Positions 1 to 12,151 of a stretch of 64,000 nucleotides of DNA are shown piece after piece (positions within the stretch are counted from its first letter, which is position 1; every line of letters begins with the position of its first letter). The stretch is taken from contig NC_057748.1 of the NCBI RefSeq assembly GCF_004010195.1, positions 1,943,246 to 2,007,245 on the forward strand, given 5' to 3'. Origin of the DNA: Chiloscyllium plagiosum. Its lineage: Eukaryota. Under the pieces are notes generated by a model. It did no database searches. It worked only from the letters and a program-made list of their open reading frames with translations, and was not told the DNA's origin. The translations under genes were made by a program, and so were the position numbers.

Positions 1-260
1 GTTAGAGAGGGAGAAACACACTGAGTTAGAGAGAGAGGGAGACAGACAGAGTTAGAGAGAGACAGTTAGAGAGAGAGAGACAGAGACAGGGAGTTATAGA
101 GAGAGAGAGAGAGACAGAGAGAGATACAGAGTTAGAAAGAGAGACAGTTAGAGACAGACAGCGTTAGAGAGACAGAGTTACACAGAGTTAGAGAGAGAGG
201 GAGACAAAGCTAGAGAGAGTTGGCAAGTTGAGAGTTGGGGAGCCGAGATTTGGCGAGTGT
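1..260. repeat. GA-rich low-complexity repeat
   Basis: Degenerate (GA)n with GAGTTA interruptions. Confidence 0.8.
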
Positions 261-324
261 GTGAGAAAGTGAGCTCGAGAAAGGGGTGGGAATACACAAG
301 AAGCCATTTATCTACTTGAAACAT

Positions 325-330
325 TTTATT
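325..330 (-). terminator. Candidate SYNGR1 polyadenylation signal (AATAAA), implying a ~4 kb 3' UTR
   Basis: TTTATT on plus strand; on the minus strand it is followed by GT/pyrimidine-rich sequence. Use is not demonstrated. Confidence 0.5.
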
Positions 331-904
331 GAGAATCACAATTTTACAGATAAATAATTAATATCTGCTCAACATACCACAAACACAGGCTGCATTGTGT
401 GGAACACACAGCAGCAACAACAATATATAAAGACACAGGATTCCATGTTATACACAATTAATTCTATACACAATGCTACACACAGAGTTTGCAATAAGTT
501 AGTGGCTAGTGCAGTATGCTCTCTGGTGGAGGGAGAGTCCGGCATTGGACAAATGATGACAGATTGGGGCTGGTTCACACTTGTAACATCCCCTTTACCC
601 TCCATCTCCCCTGGGGTGATGTGGGTGGGATGAATCTGGCAAGCAGCAATGTGACAAGGGTAAGTTTAAGCCCATCAGATATTGCAGATGGGCAGAGTGT
701 CACATTGGGACAGGCCACACTCCCAACAGGGCTCAGCAAATTCCAACAATATCCCTCGACAGCATCCCAGCCCCACCTATCACTTTACATACCCCTGACG
801 GTCTGAGGTAACTGCTGCCAAGGGAGGGGGCCAATTGCCAGACTGATTATAAATGAATAAATAAACTAACATTTCTACAGTGCTCAGAATTCCTCAATTG
901 TCTT

Positions 905-1255
905 TACCACCTGTAATGTACTCTGCACTGCGGTCACTGCTATGTGGGAAATGTGGCAGTCAATTTGTGCAAAGCAAGATCCCATAAATTTCAAACGTGG
1001 TACTGACCAGACAATTTGATCTTGTGGTATCACTTCAGGGGAAATAAATACTGGACCGGGACACAAGGGAGATTGTCCCTGCTCTTCTCTGAACCAGAAG
1101 TCATGGGGATCTTTCACATCCAGCTGAGACCATCAATAGAGCCTCCCACTGGAAAGGCAGCACAGTTTATAGTGCAGCGCTCCCTCAGGACGGGCATCAG
1201 CAGCATTAGCCCAGATTCTGTGCTCTCATGGCCAGCTGGGACTCAGACCCACGGA
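905..1255 (-). mobile_element. Deu-domain SINE (SacSINE1/AmnSINE1-like), degenerate, in putative SYNGR1 3' UTR
   Basis: Reverse complement resembles the copy at 43270-43650 (GGATGTGAAAGATCCCCATG...GAAGAGCAGGG). Confidence 0.6.
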
Positions 1256-2286
1256 GCAACAGGAAAGTGCAGCATTCACCAGTCAGGTGCTGGCTTCAAA
1301 TGTCCTCCTGCACAAGACGAATCAAAACAGTGCAGAGGCCAGACTGAACCAGATCAGGTACATCACCAGGCTTTCACACGTGCTGTCCTGCAGTCTGCAA
1401 TCTCTCCCACTCTTTATCTCACTCTCAGCATCCCACGTCAGCTGGTGAGAGGGAGAGAGAGAGAGACTGAGACCATCAGGAATGGTACTGCCAACTTGGC
1501 CAATCCTGGGGGCAAAAGGATCAAGATCACTGAATGACCACTGGCCAATTGTCCACATGTCTCTTGTACGGTCACTGACTCTGTTCCATGCTATGGACTG
1601 TCAGCTTAAGTCTTAACACAGAAACTAAAGACATGGATCAGATGTTTTTGATATTTAATGTTGTTTTTGTGGTGTTATCTTTCATAGAAGAAAGTTTCTG
1701 GATGCCTTCACTTGGCAGCGTTACCTCGGAAAGCCTGGGCCTAGCCTGGTATCCATAGTAACACATAAAAAGGTATTTTGTTTTAAATACAACAATAAAA
1801 TACTATATGAAATACAGATTTATACACTTTTGTTTAACATTGTTAAGGATCTGTAGTTTAATTGCAGTTTCCCCTGTTCTGTACACAGAATACTAGGCAA
1901 TATGTAGAGTGAGGTTCAATAAGACAGTTCTGGTTGGGGACACAGCCTCTCAGAGAACGCACCAAGGATGTGGGGTTTGCTGACAGCTGCTGCTATTGAT
2001 GGTGGTGTTAACAGGGTGTAGGCTGTGGCACCTTGTCAATCACACAGAGACCTCCTGATGCCAATTAATAACCACCCAATGGCTATCTACCACCCTATTA
2101 ACTTTCTCACTGAGTACTGGCGGATCTACAGCCTCCTGCTCTGCACTCCACCTCAAAGCCACAAACAGCCTGGTCTGATTGCTGGGGCACAGCGGGATCT
2201 TTCTGCCCCTTTACTCCCAGCTCCAAAGGCAAGAGGTCAAAGGAATGCTGAGAGGTCACTCTCTCTGGCTGCAGAGCTCTATCCAT

Positions 2287-2688
2287 NNNNNNNNNNNNNN
2301 NNNNNNNNNNNNNNNNNNNNNNNNNNNNNNNNNNNNNNNNNNNNNNNNNNNNNNNNNNNNNNNNNNNNNNNNNNNNNNNNNNNNNNNNNNNNNNNNNNNN
2401 NNNNNNNNNNNNNNNNNNNNNNNNNNNNNNNNNNNNNNNNNNNNNNNNNNNNNNNNNNNNNNNNNNNNNNNNNNNNNNNNNNNNNNNNNNNNNNNNNNNN
2501 NNNNNNNNNNNNNNNNNNNNNNNNNNNNNNNNNNNNNNNNNNNNNNNNNNNNNNNNNNNNNNNNNNNNNNNNNNNNNNNNNNNNNNNNNNNNNNNNNNNN
2601 NNNNNNNNNNNNNNNNNNNNNNNNNNNNNNNNNNNNNNNNNNNNNNNNNNNNNNNNNNNNNNNNNNNNNNNNNNNNNNNNNNNNNNNN
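2287..2688. other. Assembly gap (others at 26268-26767, 30006-30492, 48212-48687, 55091-55690)
   Basis: Runs of N. Confidence 1.
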
Positions 2689-3260
2689 AGAGAGAGACCG
2701 AGACCGAGAGAGAGACCGAGAGAGAGACCGAGAGAGAGACCGAGAGAGAGACCGAGAGAGAGACCGAGAGAGAGACCGAGAGAGAGACCGAGAGAGAGAC
2801 CGAGAGAGAGACCGAGAGAGAGACCGAGAGAGAGACCGAGAGAGAGACCGAGAGAGAGACCGAGAGAGAGACCGAGAGAGAGACCGAGAGAGAGACCGAG
2901 AGAGAGACCGAGAGAGAGACCGAGAGAGAGACCGAGAGAGAGACCGAGAGAGAGACCGAGAGAGAGACCGAGAGAGAGACCGAGAGAGAGACCGAGAGAG
3001 AGACCGAGAGAGAGACCGAGAGAGAGACCGAGAGAGAGACCGAGAGAGAGACCGAGAGAGAGACCGAGAGAGAGACCGAGAGAGAGACCGAGAGAGAGAC
3101 CGAGAGAGAGACCGAGAGAGAGAGACCGAGAGAGAGACCGAGACCGAGGGAGAGACCGAAACCGAGACCGAGAGAGAGACCGAAACCGAGACCGAGACCG
3201 AGAGACAGAGAGACCGAGACCGAGACCGAGAGAGAGAGGGACCGAGAGAGAGACCGAGCA
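2689..3260. repeat. 12-bp tandem repeat (GAGAGAGAGACC)n abutting an assembly gap
   Basis: Directly visible; explains the ERET/RERP pseudo-ORFs. Confidence 0.95.
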
Positions 3261-4322
3261 CAAGATCGAGATGGACAGTAAGGGGCAGAGAGAGATAGGA
3301 CATGGTGGGGGAGGAAAACAAGCCAAAAGGCAAGGTACACACCACACCCAGGCACATGTTTGTATACACACACACACACCCACCCACCCACTCCCGCCCC
3401 CGGCACCCCCTCTCCCACAGGGCAATCCCTGCTTAGACTCAGTGCCATGACAAAAGTGAACTCTCTCTATCGAAATCTCAGGCTCCAGATCAAGTTGAGT
3501 CCATGTTTCCCCACCCCCCACACCATCGTGACTCCTTCCCCATGTTTTAAATAACTGGAGCAGGGCAAATGCTGTCTCTGATCATTTGTAAGGGCTTCTC
3601 AAGTGAACAGGAATCTCTTTGCTTTCCACCCCTCACCCGACACCCTCCCCTGGGAAAAAAAAGTTGCTTAGCTGGCTACTTTGTGCTTTTCAGTAAATGA
3701 GAATAGCTTTCCTTCACACCCGACTCTGTCCCCGTGGCCCCGGGAAACACCAGCTGAGGCAGCATCCTGAACAAGGGCCTGTTCCATACCTCGGCACCAG
3801 TGGGAGCAGGGGCCCACAGTCTCTCGTTCGCTCCAGTCCTTTCCCCCAGCCCCATGCCCTGTCGGTGCTGGTGCTGTGCACAGATCCCATTCCTGAGTGA
3901 GGGAGCTGGGAGGAGGGATAGTGAACTCACAGAGAGGAGATGGCATTGGTGGGCTCATCCGGGGAGTGGGCAAGTTTTCAGCAGCCAACTGTCTTCCAGA
4001 ATCAATAAATAAACCTTGAATTAAAATAAATATATATACATATATATACCATTCCTTCAAAAATTATCTGCATTTAAGTGAGCACGTCTTACAGAACAGA
4101 CTAGGCGACGTGGAAATATTTTATGTTCACTTTAAGCACCTGCAGGAGTTAGAATACGTATTTCAAACTCAAGGATATTAAACCCTGACCCAGTGATGAT
4201 AGACACTTGTGGTGTGTCAGCGTTTTCTCTCACTTAAACCAAGGGTTGCCCAGTAAAATGTGTAAAGGTTGCGTGTGAGGGATTCGCATTCTCGTGTCAC
4301 TCACTCCTGGCCTTCGTTTTCC

Positions 4323-4538
4323 TCAGTAATCCTGCGTCTGATATCCCTCTGAGGTGCTCGTGTAGGATCCTGTCGACAGTGGTTGCTGGTAAGAGCCTGG
4401 CGCTTCCATCTCGTCCCCGGAGAGGTACGGGCCGTAAGGGGCAGAGGTGTCCTGGCTCGGGTCTGTGTACTCCTGGGAGAAAAGAGCAGAGTCGGCTCCC
4501 AGGCGGTACCGCTGGTATCCCAGGAATGCCTGAGCAGC
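4323..4538 (-). CDS. SYNGR1: Synaptogyrin-1 last coding exon (AAQAFLGYQRYRLGADSALFSQEYTDPSQD...EGYQTQDY*)
   Basis: TTGAAAG acceptor; 216 nt to TGA at 4323-4325; GADSALFSQ.Y.DPSQD matches the long SYNGR1a C-terminus. The four exons sum to 705 nt = 234 aa + stop. Confidence 0.93.
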   Translation of the reverse strand, partial: AAQAFLGYQRYRLGADSALFSQEYTDPSQDTSAPYGPYLSGDEMEAPGSYQQPLSTGSYTSTSEGYQTQDY

Positions 4539-4639
4539 CTTTCAACGGAGCAAGGGCAGACAGGAGGCACAGACAAAGAGAGAGAGAGAGAGAGAAAGAG
4601 ATGGAGCAGAGAGCGAGAGATGGAGCAGAGAGAGAGCGA

Positions 4640-5210
4640 GCGAGAGGGGTGGAGCAGAGCGCGAGAGGGGTGGAGCAGAGCGCGAGAGGGGTGGAGCAGA
4701 GCGCGAGAGGGGTGGAGCAGAGCGCGAGAGGGGTGGAGCAGAGCGCGAGAGGGGTGGAGCAGAGCGCGAGAGGGGTGGAGCAGAGCGCGAGAGGGGTGGA
4801 GCAGAGCGCGAGAGGGGTGGAGCAGAGCGCGAGAGGGGTGGAGCAGAGCGCGAGAGGGGTGGAGCAGAGCGCGAGAGGGGTGGAGCAGAGCGCGAGAGGG
4901 GTGGAGCAGAGCGCGAGAGGGGTGGAGCAGAGCGCGAGAGGGGTGGAGCAGAGCGCGAGAGGGGTGGAGCAGAGCGCGAGAGGGGTGGAGCAGAGCGCGA
5001 GAGGGGTGGAGCAGAGCGCGAGAGGGGTGGAGCAGAGCGCGAGAGGGGTGGAGCAGAGCGCGAGAGGGGTGGAGCAGAGCGCGAGAGGGGTGGAGCAGAG
5101 CGCGAGAGGGGTGGAGCAGAGCGCGAGAGGGGTGGAGCAGAGCGCGAGAGGGGTGGAGCAGAGCGCGAGAGGGGTGGAGCAGAGCGCGAGAGGGGTGGAG
5201 CAGAGCGCGA
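4640..5210. repeat. 21-bp minisatellite (GCGAGAGGGGTGGAGCAGAGC), ~27 perfect copies, SYNGR1 intron 3
   Basis: Directly visible; 27 ARGVEQS units in the ORF track. Confidence 0.95.
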
Positions 5211-5604
5211 GAGAGAGAGAGACAGAGTGAGAGAGAGAGGGGGGGGCAGAGATGGCATGGGGTTGGGGGGAAAGGAATGAGAGAGGAGGGAGTAGCCGGG
5301 CCATAGTAAAACAGACATCGAGAGGTGGGACAGTAAAAAGGACACTGCAGTTAGTGATGTTAGCATGCAGAATGTTAATGACCTTCAGAAAGCAAAGCAC
5401 ATTATGAGATCTGTGGTTAACACATTAGAAAGCAGTTTTAAAGGTCTTTGATATGAGCAATGCGACAAATCCAAGCAGTTAATTGTTTTGCATCTGCAGA
5501 TACACGTCAGTGATAGGGAGACATGGAATACTGAAATATTCTCAGCTCATGTCCATACTAACTCAGCTGTGGAGATTAACCTAACCAGCTAGAACCTTTT
5601 ATAA

Positions 5605-5785
5605 AACAGAACTGCAGATACTGGAAATCTGAAACAAAGTACTGGAGAAACTCAGCAGATCTGGCAACATCTGTGGCAGCACTTCAGTTCTGAGGAAGGG
5701 TCACTGCACCCGAAATGTTAACTCTGACTTCTGTCCACAGATGCTGCCATACCTGCTGAGTTTCTCCAGCACTTTGTGCTTTTGT
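5605..5785. mobile_element. Short fold-back Penelope-derived element with hammerhead core
   Basis: Inverted arms 5637-5676 / 5735-5774 enclose CTGAGGA-AGGGT..ACCC-GAAATGTT. Confidence 0.7.
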
Positions 5786-6764
5786 AGCAAGATCGTTTGT
5801 CAGGCTTTAAATTAATCCTAAAACTGATATAACTTTCAGGACGACACATGACACTTGCTGGGCTATGGGGAGTAGAAAATGTTAGAATCCCACTGGACTG
5901 ATACACCCTACAGGCTCAAGTGAAGCTTATTTGCTGGAAGTGCAAATATCCAAAGCAGACAGTGAAGAAGATAAATAAATCAAACACGATCATCTGCTCT
6001 TAGGATCACAATTTGCAAAATTAGCGAGTTAATGCAAGCAAGGGCAAGGGAGAGAGAGACAGCAGTGGTCAGGTGAAGCAGAGGCACAGCGAAACTTTGG
6101 AGGCCAAGGCAGATGAGAGAGAGACAGAGAGAGAGGGTGAGTCTGAGGGTTATGACTATGAGCTAAGTCTGGGGCTTCTCAGATTACTTGATACTAAAAC
6201 ATCCTGAATCTCAATCAGCAAACTGCTACAGGTACAGAATGAGTTAAGGAGTAAGGTAGGGGTATGGGACAACTTACAAAGCTACACCTGCTTATCCCCA
6301 CAGGCAATAAAATCAAATTTGCTTTCTCCCTCAAAAATGAGATTAGTCACCACAATCACGAGTTATAGCAGCATGAGAGAAAACCACTCAGGCAAGCAGG
6401 GATAGTCTAGCAGCTCACAGTGTTCAAACTGCTGTACTTCAGAGTCTGGGTGTTTGGAAGCAGAGAAGGATGCTGTAGTTAAGCAAGAGGAGGGGTTTGC
6501 TGGGGTGGGAACAATTTATTGTATTCCTCAGTGAAGGTGATGCCTTTTAATCGATCCATAGCAAAGAGAACCAAATAACCCTGCAAAAGGAAGGTGCAGG
6601 AATTGGAATTGGAATTAAAACATATGAGGATTGGAGGATGAGAAGTGGTCAGGAGCTGAAAATAGCAAGCTGTCACTAACAGCATCTCTATGCTCTGTTC
6701 TCCAGACCACTCATTAGAAATTAATGGGGGTATAAAACATAATAATCTGAAAGAAATGGTGAAT

Positions 6765-6992
6765 CTCCCTCTATACTGTTCCCCTCAAAAACTACCAGGA
6801 CAGGGACAGCATGGGATTACATACAGAGTAAAGTTCCCTCTCCTCTTTTAAATTCTCAGTGAGTTTCTCTCTACATTGCCCCCCTCAAATTCTCCAGGAC
6901 AGTGACAGCATGGGGTTAGATACAGAGTAAAGCCCCCTCTACACTGTCCCGCTCAAACACTTCCAGGACAGGGACAGCACGGATTAGATAGT
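6765..6992. repeat. Degenerate ~70-bp tandem repeat, 3 copies
   Basis: Repeated CTCTACACTGTCCCC.TCAAA...CCAGGACAGGGACAGCA.GG..TTAGATACAGAGTAAAG. Confidence 0.75.
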
Positions 6993-7439
6993 CAAGCTCT
7001 GTGCACCATTCCCACACTGACCATGATTCCTTGATGCTCCGTTGGGTAACTCAGTCCCAAATGTTGGAGTGCCAACCGTTAATTGTTCAAGGGCTCTAAT
7101 GTGCTGCCATTTTGGAATGTTGCTCATTGGATTTAATGATGTACCTGAAACACTGCATCCTGCAAGTTTTTGAATCAGGTGCCAGAAAGCAGGATTCAAC
7201 CGGGCAGCTAATTTACTCAGCCAGTACACACAGGAGGCTGAATGGCCACCTTCTGTGCTGTAAACTTTCTCTGGTTCTACGAAATTCCCTTGGAGCCCAG
7301 ACAGGGGTCAGTTTTCTCCACTGCACTTTTCTGAATGGAATTTGAATGCATTGGCCTAGAATTTGGTCCAAAGCCTTGAAAGTGAATGGACAAGAGAAGA
7401 TGATCAACACTCTACTATCTCGATGTGACCCCAGGGGAA

Positions 7440-7757
7440 GGGTTGTAGAATCCAGAAAGTGCAGCAAGAGGCCATTCAGCCCAACCAATCTGTACCAATC
7501 CTCTAAAGAGTATTCCACCTCGACTCACCCCATCTCTGTAACCCTGCAGGGGTTTTTTATCATGGCTAACCCACTTAACCTGCACATACCTGGACACTGG
7601 GCAATTTTTAGCATGGCTTTGGACTGTGGGATGAAACCGGACCACCTAAAGGAAACCCCCACACAGACACAGGGAGAACGTGCAAACTCCACAAAGACAG
7701 TCGCCCGAGGGTGGTATCGAACCGGGGTCCCTGGTGCTGTATGGCACCTAGCCACTG
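7440..7757 (-). mobile_element. HE1-like tRNA-derived SINE (V-SINE)
   Basis: GTGGAGTTTGCACGTTCTCCCTGTGTCTG central domain plus A/B-box head on the minus strand. Confidence 0.8.
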
Positions 7758-7852
7758 TATAGTCCCTGTCGTTATGGGAGGAGGGGGTAGGTGTCGAACC
7801 CAGTGTACCAATGCCGTGCAGGGTGTAGAGGATCTAGAGTGAGACGACTTAC

Positions 7853-8001
7853 CCAGGTGAAGATTGAGAAGAAGGAGAAAGTGATAGCAGCTCGAGCAGC
7901 ATCAGCTCCTTCCTTTAACGGGTCGTCCTTCTCCAGATCCGTTACTTGCCACTGGTTGGTGAGGAAACAGAATCCCACAAACCATAGGAAGGACCAAAAC
8001 G
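7853..8001 (-). CDS. SYNGR1: Synaptogyrin-1 coding exon 3 (AFWSFLWFVGFCFLTNQW...AARAAITFSFFSIFTW)
   Basis: CTAACAG acceptor, 149 nt, TGG|GTAAGT donor; phase compatible with exons 2 and 4. Confidence 0.95.
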
Positions 8002-9135
8002 CTGTTAGAAGAAACAAACAAAGGAAACTGTGACTCTGCAGCAGAGGGAGGTGGGTCCTGAGGCACGAACAATCCAGAACACCATCCAAGCAGCATCATC
8101 GGTTCAGTGCAGAGCATAGACTGGAAGTGGGAGGGAGGGGAGAGAGACACTACATGTAAGGGTGCTGTCTCTGTGGGCAGCAGTAGCATGATGTGGTGGT
8201 GGGGGGATCGCAGGTACAACAGAGGGAGCGAGCAAGACAGCGTGGCACCGGGTGAGAGTGACAGATAGCTCACAAGCTACAGAGGGGAGAACATGACAAT
8301 AAGGGATTGAGCAAGAGAAGCACAAGAGGAAAGGACGAGTGACAGAGTGAGTGTGCGTGAGAGGGTGCAGGCACACGAGAGTGAGAGCAAAAGGGGAAAG
8401 GAAATTAGAGAAAGTGTGCACGTTTGTGAGATACAGAGTGTGAGCATAGATGTAAGAGAGGTACATAAATGGAGAGACAGAGGAAACGAGAGAGAAAGAG
8501 AGAGAGAGAGCGCGCGCGTGCTACATTTGGAGTCACAGCTAATACTTATCGAATTAAACTCTGCTATTCCCATAGGAGTTCTCTCTTTGGTGTAAAGACC
8601 ATTTTTAAAAATATTGTGAACGGTACGAAAATGGCTGTTTTAACACCAAGGATTATGGAAGGCATTTCTGAACATTTAAACAGTAAGTTTCTGAAATTCC
8701 TTCTAAGTTGTGTTTACCAGGGCTGGGCAAAAAACGAGATTCGGCTGACAGCAGGTTGCTGAGTGGTTTGTAGAATTGTGATGAGTTGTGGATGCCAAAG
8801 GCCATCAGCTGACGACTACCTGATTGGCCCTGGGGTAGATGAACAGCTTGTGGGTGTGAACAATAGCAGCAGCAGCCTTTGGATTGCTACAAGGGACAAC
8901 AATGTGTCTTCATCTCCAGTAAAACACCTAAAGTCTAAAGAATGCTACTTTATCTGCCCTCACCACTTGCTGTAAGCTGTGGCCTTTAACCAGTAATTTT
9001 ACAGCAAATGTATCAATTGTCTGTGCCTCCCCCTAAATGAAACAAAAAACAAACCTGGGGAGAAAGATTGGAAAATCCCAACAAACAACTCAGTGAACTC
9101 TGTGGAATGTGACCATTGAATCACTGCCCCAATAG

Positions 9136-9348
9136 AAACCAAAAGAACTGAGAATGCAGCAAATCAGAAACAAAAACAAGAATTGCTGGAAAAGCTCGGC
9201 AGGTCTGGCATCATCTGTGGTGAGAAATCAGAGTTAATGTTTTGGGTTGAGTTCGAAGGATGGATCACTGGACCCAAAACCCTAACTCTGATTTCTCTCC
9301 ACAGATGTTGTCAGACCTGCTGAGCTTTTCCAGCAATTTTTGTTTTTG
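9136..9348. mobile_element. Short fold-back Penelope-derived element, decayed hammerhead
   Basis: Inverted arms TTGCTGGAAAAGCTC.GCAGGTCTG / CAGACCTGCTGAGCTTTTCCAGCAA. Confidence 0.7.
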
Positions 9349-10125
9349 AATAGCTTCCTCGGCTTTTTATGTAGTGTATAAGTGCGCACGAAATGAGAAA
9401 TAGAAATTTTATAAACTTATATATGTGTGTGTGTGGGGGGGGTGAGAGTCAGAGGGGGAGAGAGAGAGACAGAGAGATTCATAAACTTATGTTAGTCTGC
9501 GTGCATGAGAGAGACAGTATATGGCTGAGAGTGAGTGTGTGTTTCTGTGTAAGAGAGAGACAGAATTTTAATATGTCTGCCTGTGCACACGTGCGACAGT
9601 ATGTGTGTGTATGTCAGTGCATGTGAGAGAGACAGCGAGGGGAGAGGGAGAATCAGGGAAAGAATGAAAGATAGAGTTTCAATATATGTACACCTGTGTC
9701 TGCACGTGTGAGTGTGCAAGACAAAGAGTGTGTTTTAATTAGTACAGTTATATCTACAGTTCCCAATTGTTTATCTGTGGTTAGAATTAATGGATTTCTA
9801 ACAAATACTTCTGGTAAAGTACAGAAACTTGGGTGTGACAGCGTGCACTGTGATAAAACCATTAAGCTGTGTAACAGCTCTGGAAGTAGCAGGGCTAGAT
9901 TTGCAGGGCAGTGACCCTGAATATTTTTAAGGTCAAGGTTGATCAATTCCGTGCCAAACAAGAATACAAGGTCATTTGTGGAGATGGGAATGTGGAATTC
10001 AAAACAATCAAAGCAGCCATGATCTTATCGAATGGTGCAATAGGAGCCAAATGCTCTCCTTTTCCTCCTACTTCATGGGGCAATGTGAATGAGGATCTAC
10101 TGCTCTCTGAGAGACAAACACTGAC

Positions 10126-10363
10126 CTGAAAATCCAATGTCTCCCAGAACCACCTTTTTGCGATCCTTTACGCTGCTGATCTGTGGAAAGTAAGCATCAA
10201 GGGCAAGGAAGGCCATGCAGCCGAGGAAGGCCAGCACACCGATAGTGATACCATAGTTACAGGCGTTGGGATTCCGGTTGAAGATGCAGTGCTGTTCCAC
10301 CTCCGTAGGTCGGTTCATGTAACCTTCATTGATAATTGATCCAAAGACAACAATCGAAAAGAG
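10126..10363 (-). CDS. SYNGR1: Synaptogyrin-1 coding exon 2 (LFSIVVFGSIINEGY...QISSVKDRKKVVLGDIGFS), MARVEL domain
   Basis: TCTGTAG acceptor, 238 nt, G|GTCAG donor; NRNPNAC and YFPQISSVKDRKK motifs fit SYNGR1. Confidence 0.95.
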
Positions 10364-10648
10364 CTACAGACACAGAGTGGGAGAGAAAAAGGAAGATAAA
10401 CTCCAGGTTGGGTGTTCCAGCTCAGCCTATTGTAGGCCAATTTAGGCCCCTAAACATCAAGCTGAATTGGTGTTATCGCCTACAGCAGTAACGTAATTTC
10501 ACAACATCATTCATCTATGCTTATTAACTAACTCTGAGCTACACAGTCTGAGAACGCAGCTTTAAACAAAATCCACTCCAATGTAACATCACATTCCTGG
10601 GCGTGCTGCCATGGCAACCTCATGGACCACCTACCCAGCTTGGTGCTT

Positions 10649-10832
10649 GACTGCCTAACCCCACAGAGAGAGAACTGGACAACTGGAACAATAGAGACAG
10701 TGAGCACAAGACAGAGAGTGAGAGATATAGAGTGTGTGAGTTAGACAGAGAACAAGAGAGGTTGCAAGGTCTTGTGCTCACTGTCTCTATTGTTCCAGTT
10801 GTCCAGTTCTCTCTCTGTGGGGTTAGGCAGTC
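10649..10832. repeat. Perfect 64-bp inverted repeat with a 56-nt spacer
   Basis: 10649-10712 is the exact reverse complement of 10769-10832. Confidence 0.95.
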
Positions 10833-11236
10833 CCTGAAGAGGGAGCCACTCCTCGAGTTCAGCAAGTAGATCATCACACTTTTATATTTTAATACTTATT
10901 TTGTTTTTATTAATTCATGAATTGTGGGCTTGATCAATACTGATTGCTAACACATAATTCCTCTTAAAGTGGTGGTGAGCTGCCATGTTGAACCATTGTA
11001 GTCCATATAGTGCTGGTTCATCACAGCACTGTCAGGGAGTTACAGTCTTGACGTGAAAAATCAAGGAACAGTGATACATTTTCAAATCAGGATGGTAAGT
11101 GGCTTGGAGGCGAACTTACAGATGGTGGTGTTCCTATGTATCTGCCATCCTTGTCTTTCTAGACAGCAGTGGTTGTGGATTTGGAAGTTGTTGTCTAAGG
11201 AGCCTTTATTAATTTCTGCAATGCATTTTATTGATG

Positions 11237-12151
11237 GTGTGGTTCTGTTCGCCGAGCTGGGAATTTGTGTTGCAGACGTTTCGTTCCCTGTCTAGGTGAC
11301 ATCCTCAGTGCTTGGGAGCCTCCTGTGAAGCGCTTCTGTGATGTTTCCTCTGGCATTTATAGCGGTTTGTACCTGCCGCTTCCGGTTGTCAGTTCCAGCT
11401 GTCCGTTGCAGTGGCTGGTATATTGGGTCCAGGTCGATGTGGCTTATTGATTGAATCTGTGGATGAGTGCCATGCCTCTAGGAATTCCCTGGTGTTCTCT
11501 GTTTGGCTTGTCCTATAAAAGTAGTGTTGTCCCAGTCGAATTCACGTTGCTTTCGTAGTTTAGGACTTGGTCTGTGTGTGTGGCTTTCCTGCACAAAACA
11601 CTACATAGGACAAACAGGAAGACAGCTAACGATCTGCATCCATGAACAACAACTTGCCATGAAACGACACGACCAGCTATCCTTAATAGCCACACACGCA
11701 GATGACAAGCAACATGATTTCGACTGGGACAACACTACTATTTTAGGACAAGCCAAACAGAGAACAGCCAGGGAATTCCTAGAGGCATGGCACTCATCCA
11801 CAGATTCAATCAAGACAGCTAACGATCCGCATCCATGAACACCAACTCACCACGAAACGACACGACCAGCTATCCTTAATAGCCACATGCAGATGACAAG
11901 CAAAATGAATTCGACTGGGACCACACTACTATTTTAGGACAAGCCAAACAGAGAACAGCCAGGGAATTCCTAGAGGCATGGCACTCATCCACAGATTCAA
12001 TCAATAAGCACATCGACCTGGACCCAATATACCAACCACTGCAGGATGTCACCTAGACAGGGAACGAAACGTCTGCAAAACAAATTCCCAGCTCGGTGAA
12101 CAGAACCACAACAACGAGCACCCGAGCTACAAATCTTCTCTCAAACTTTGA
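11237..12151 (+). mobile_element. Penelope-like element 3' portion (GIY-YIG remnant) with an inverted 5' segment and an internal tandem duplication
   Basis: HYIGQTGRQL...AREFLEAWHS; 11238-11305 is inverted relative to 12043-12110; flanking repeat GCATTTTATTGATG/GCATCTTATTGATG. Confidence 0.85.

Noticed and set aside
1322-1558. Minus-strand ORF ending SLASALF as an alternative SYNGR1 last exon
   Set aside because: Only a 4-residue coincidence; no convincing acceptor or further similarity.
2025-3521. Long 389-426 aa ORFs on both strands
   Set aside because: Produced by an N gap plus a stop-free 12-bp microsatellite; not coding.
4297-5400. 274-367 aa repetitive ORFs; superficially CRISPR-like periodicity
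   Set aside because: A 21-bp minisatellite with no spacers in a vertebrate intron; the real SYNGR1 exon is in another frame.
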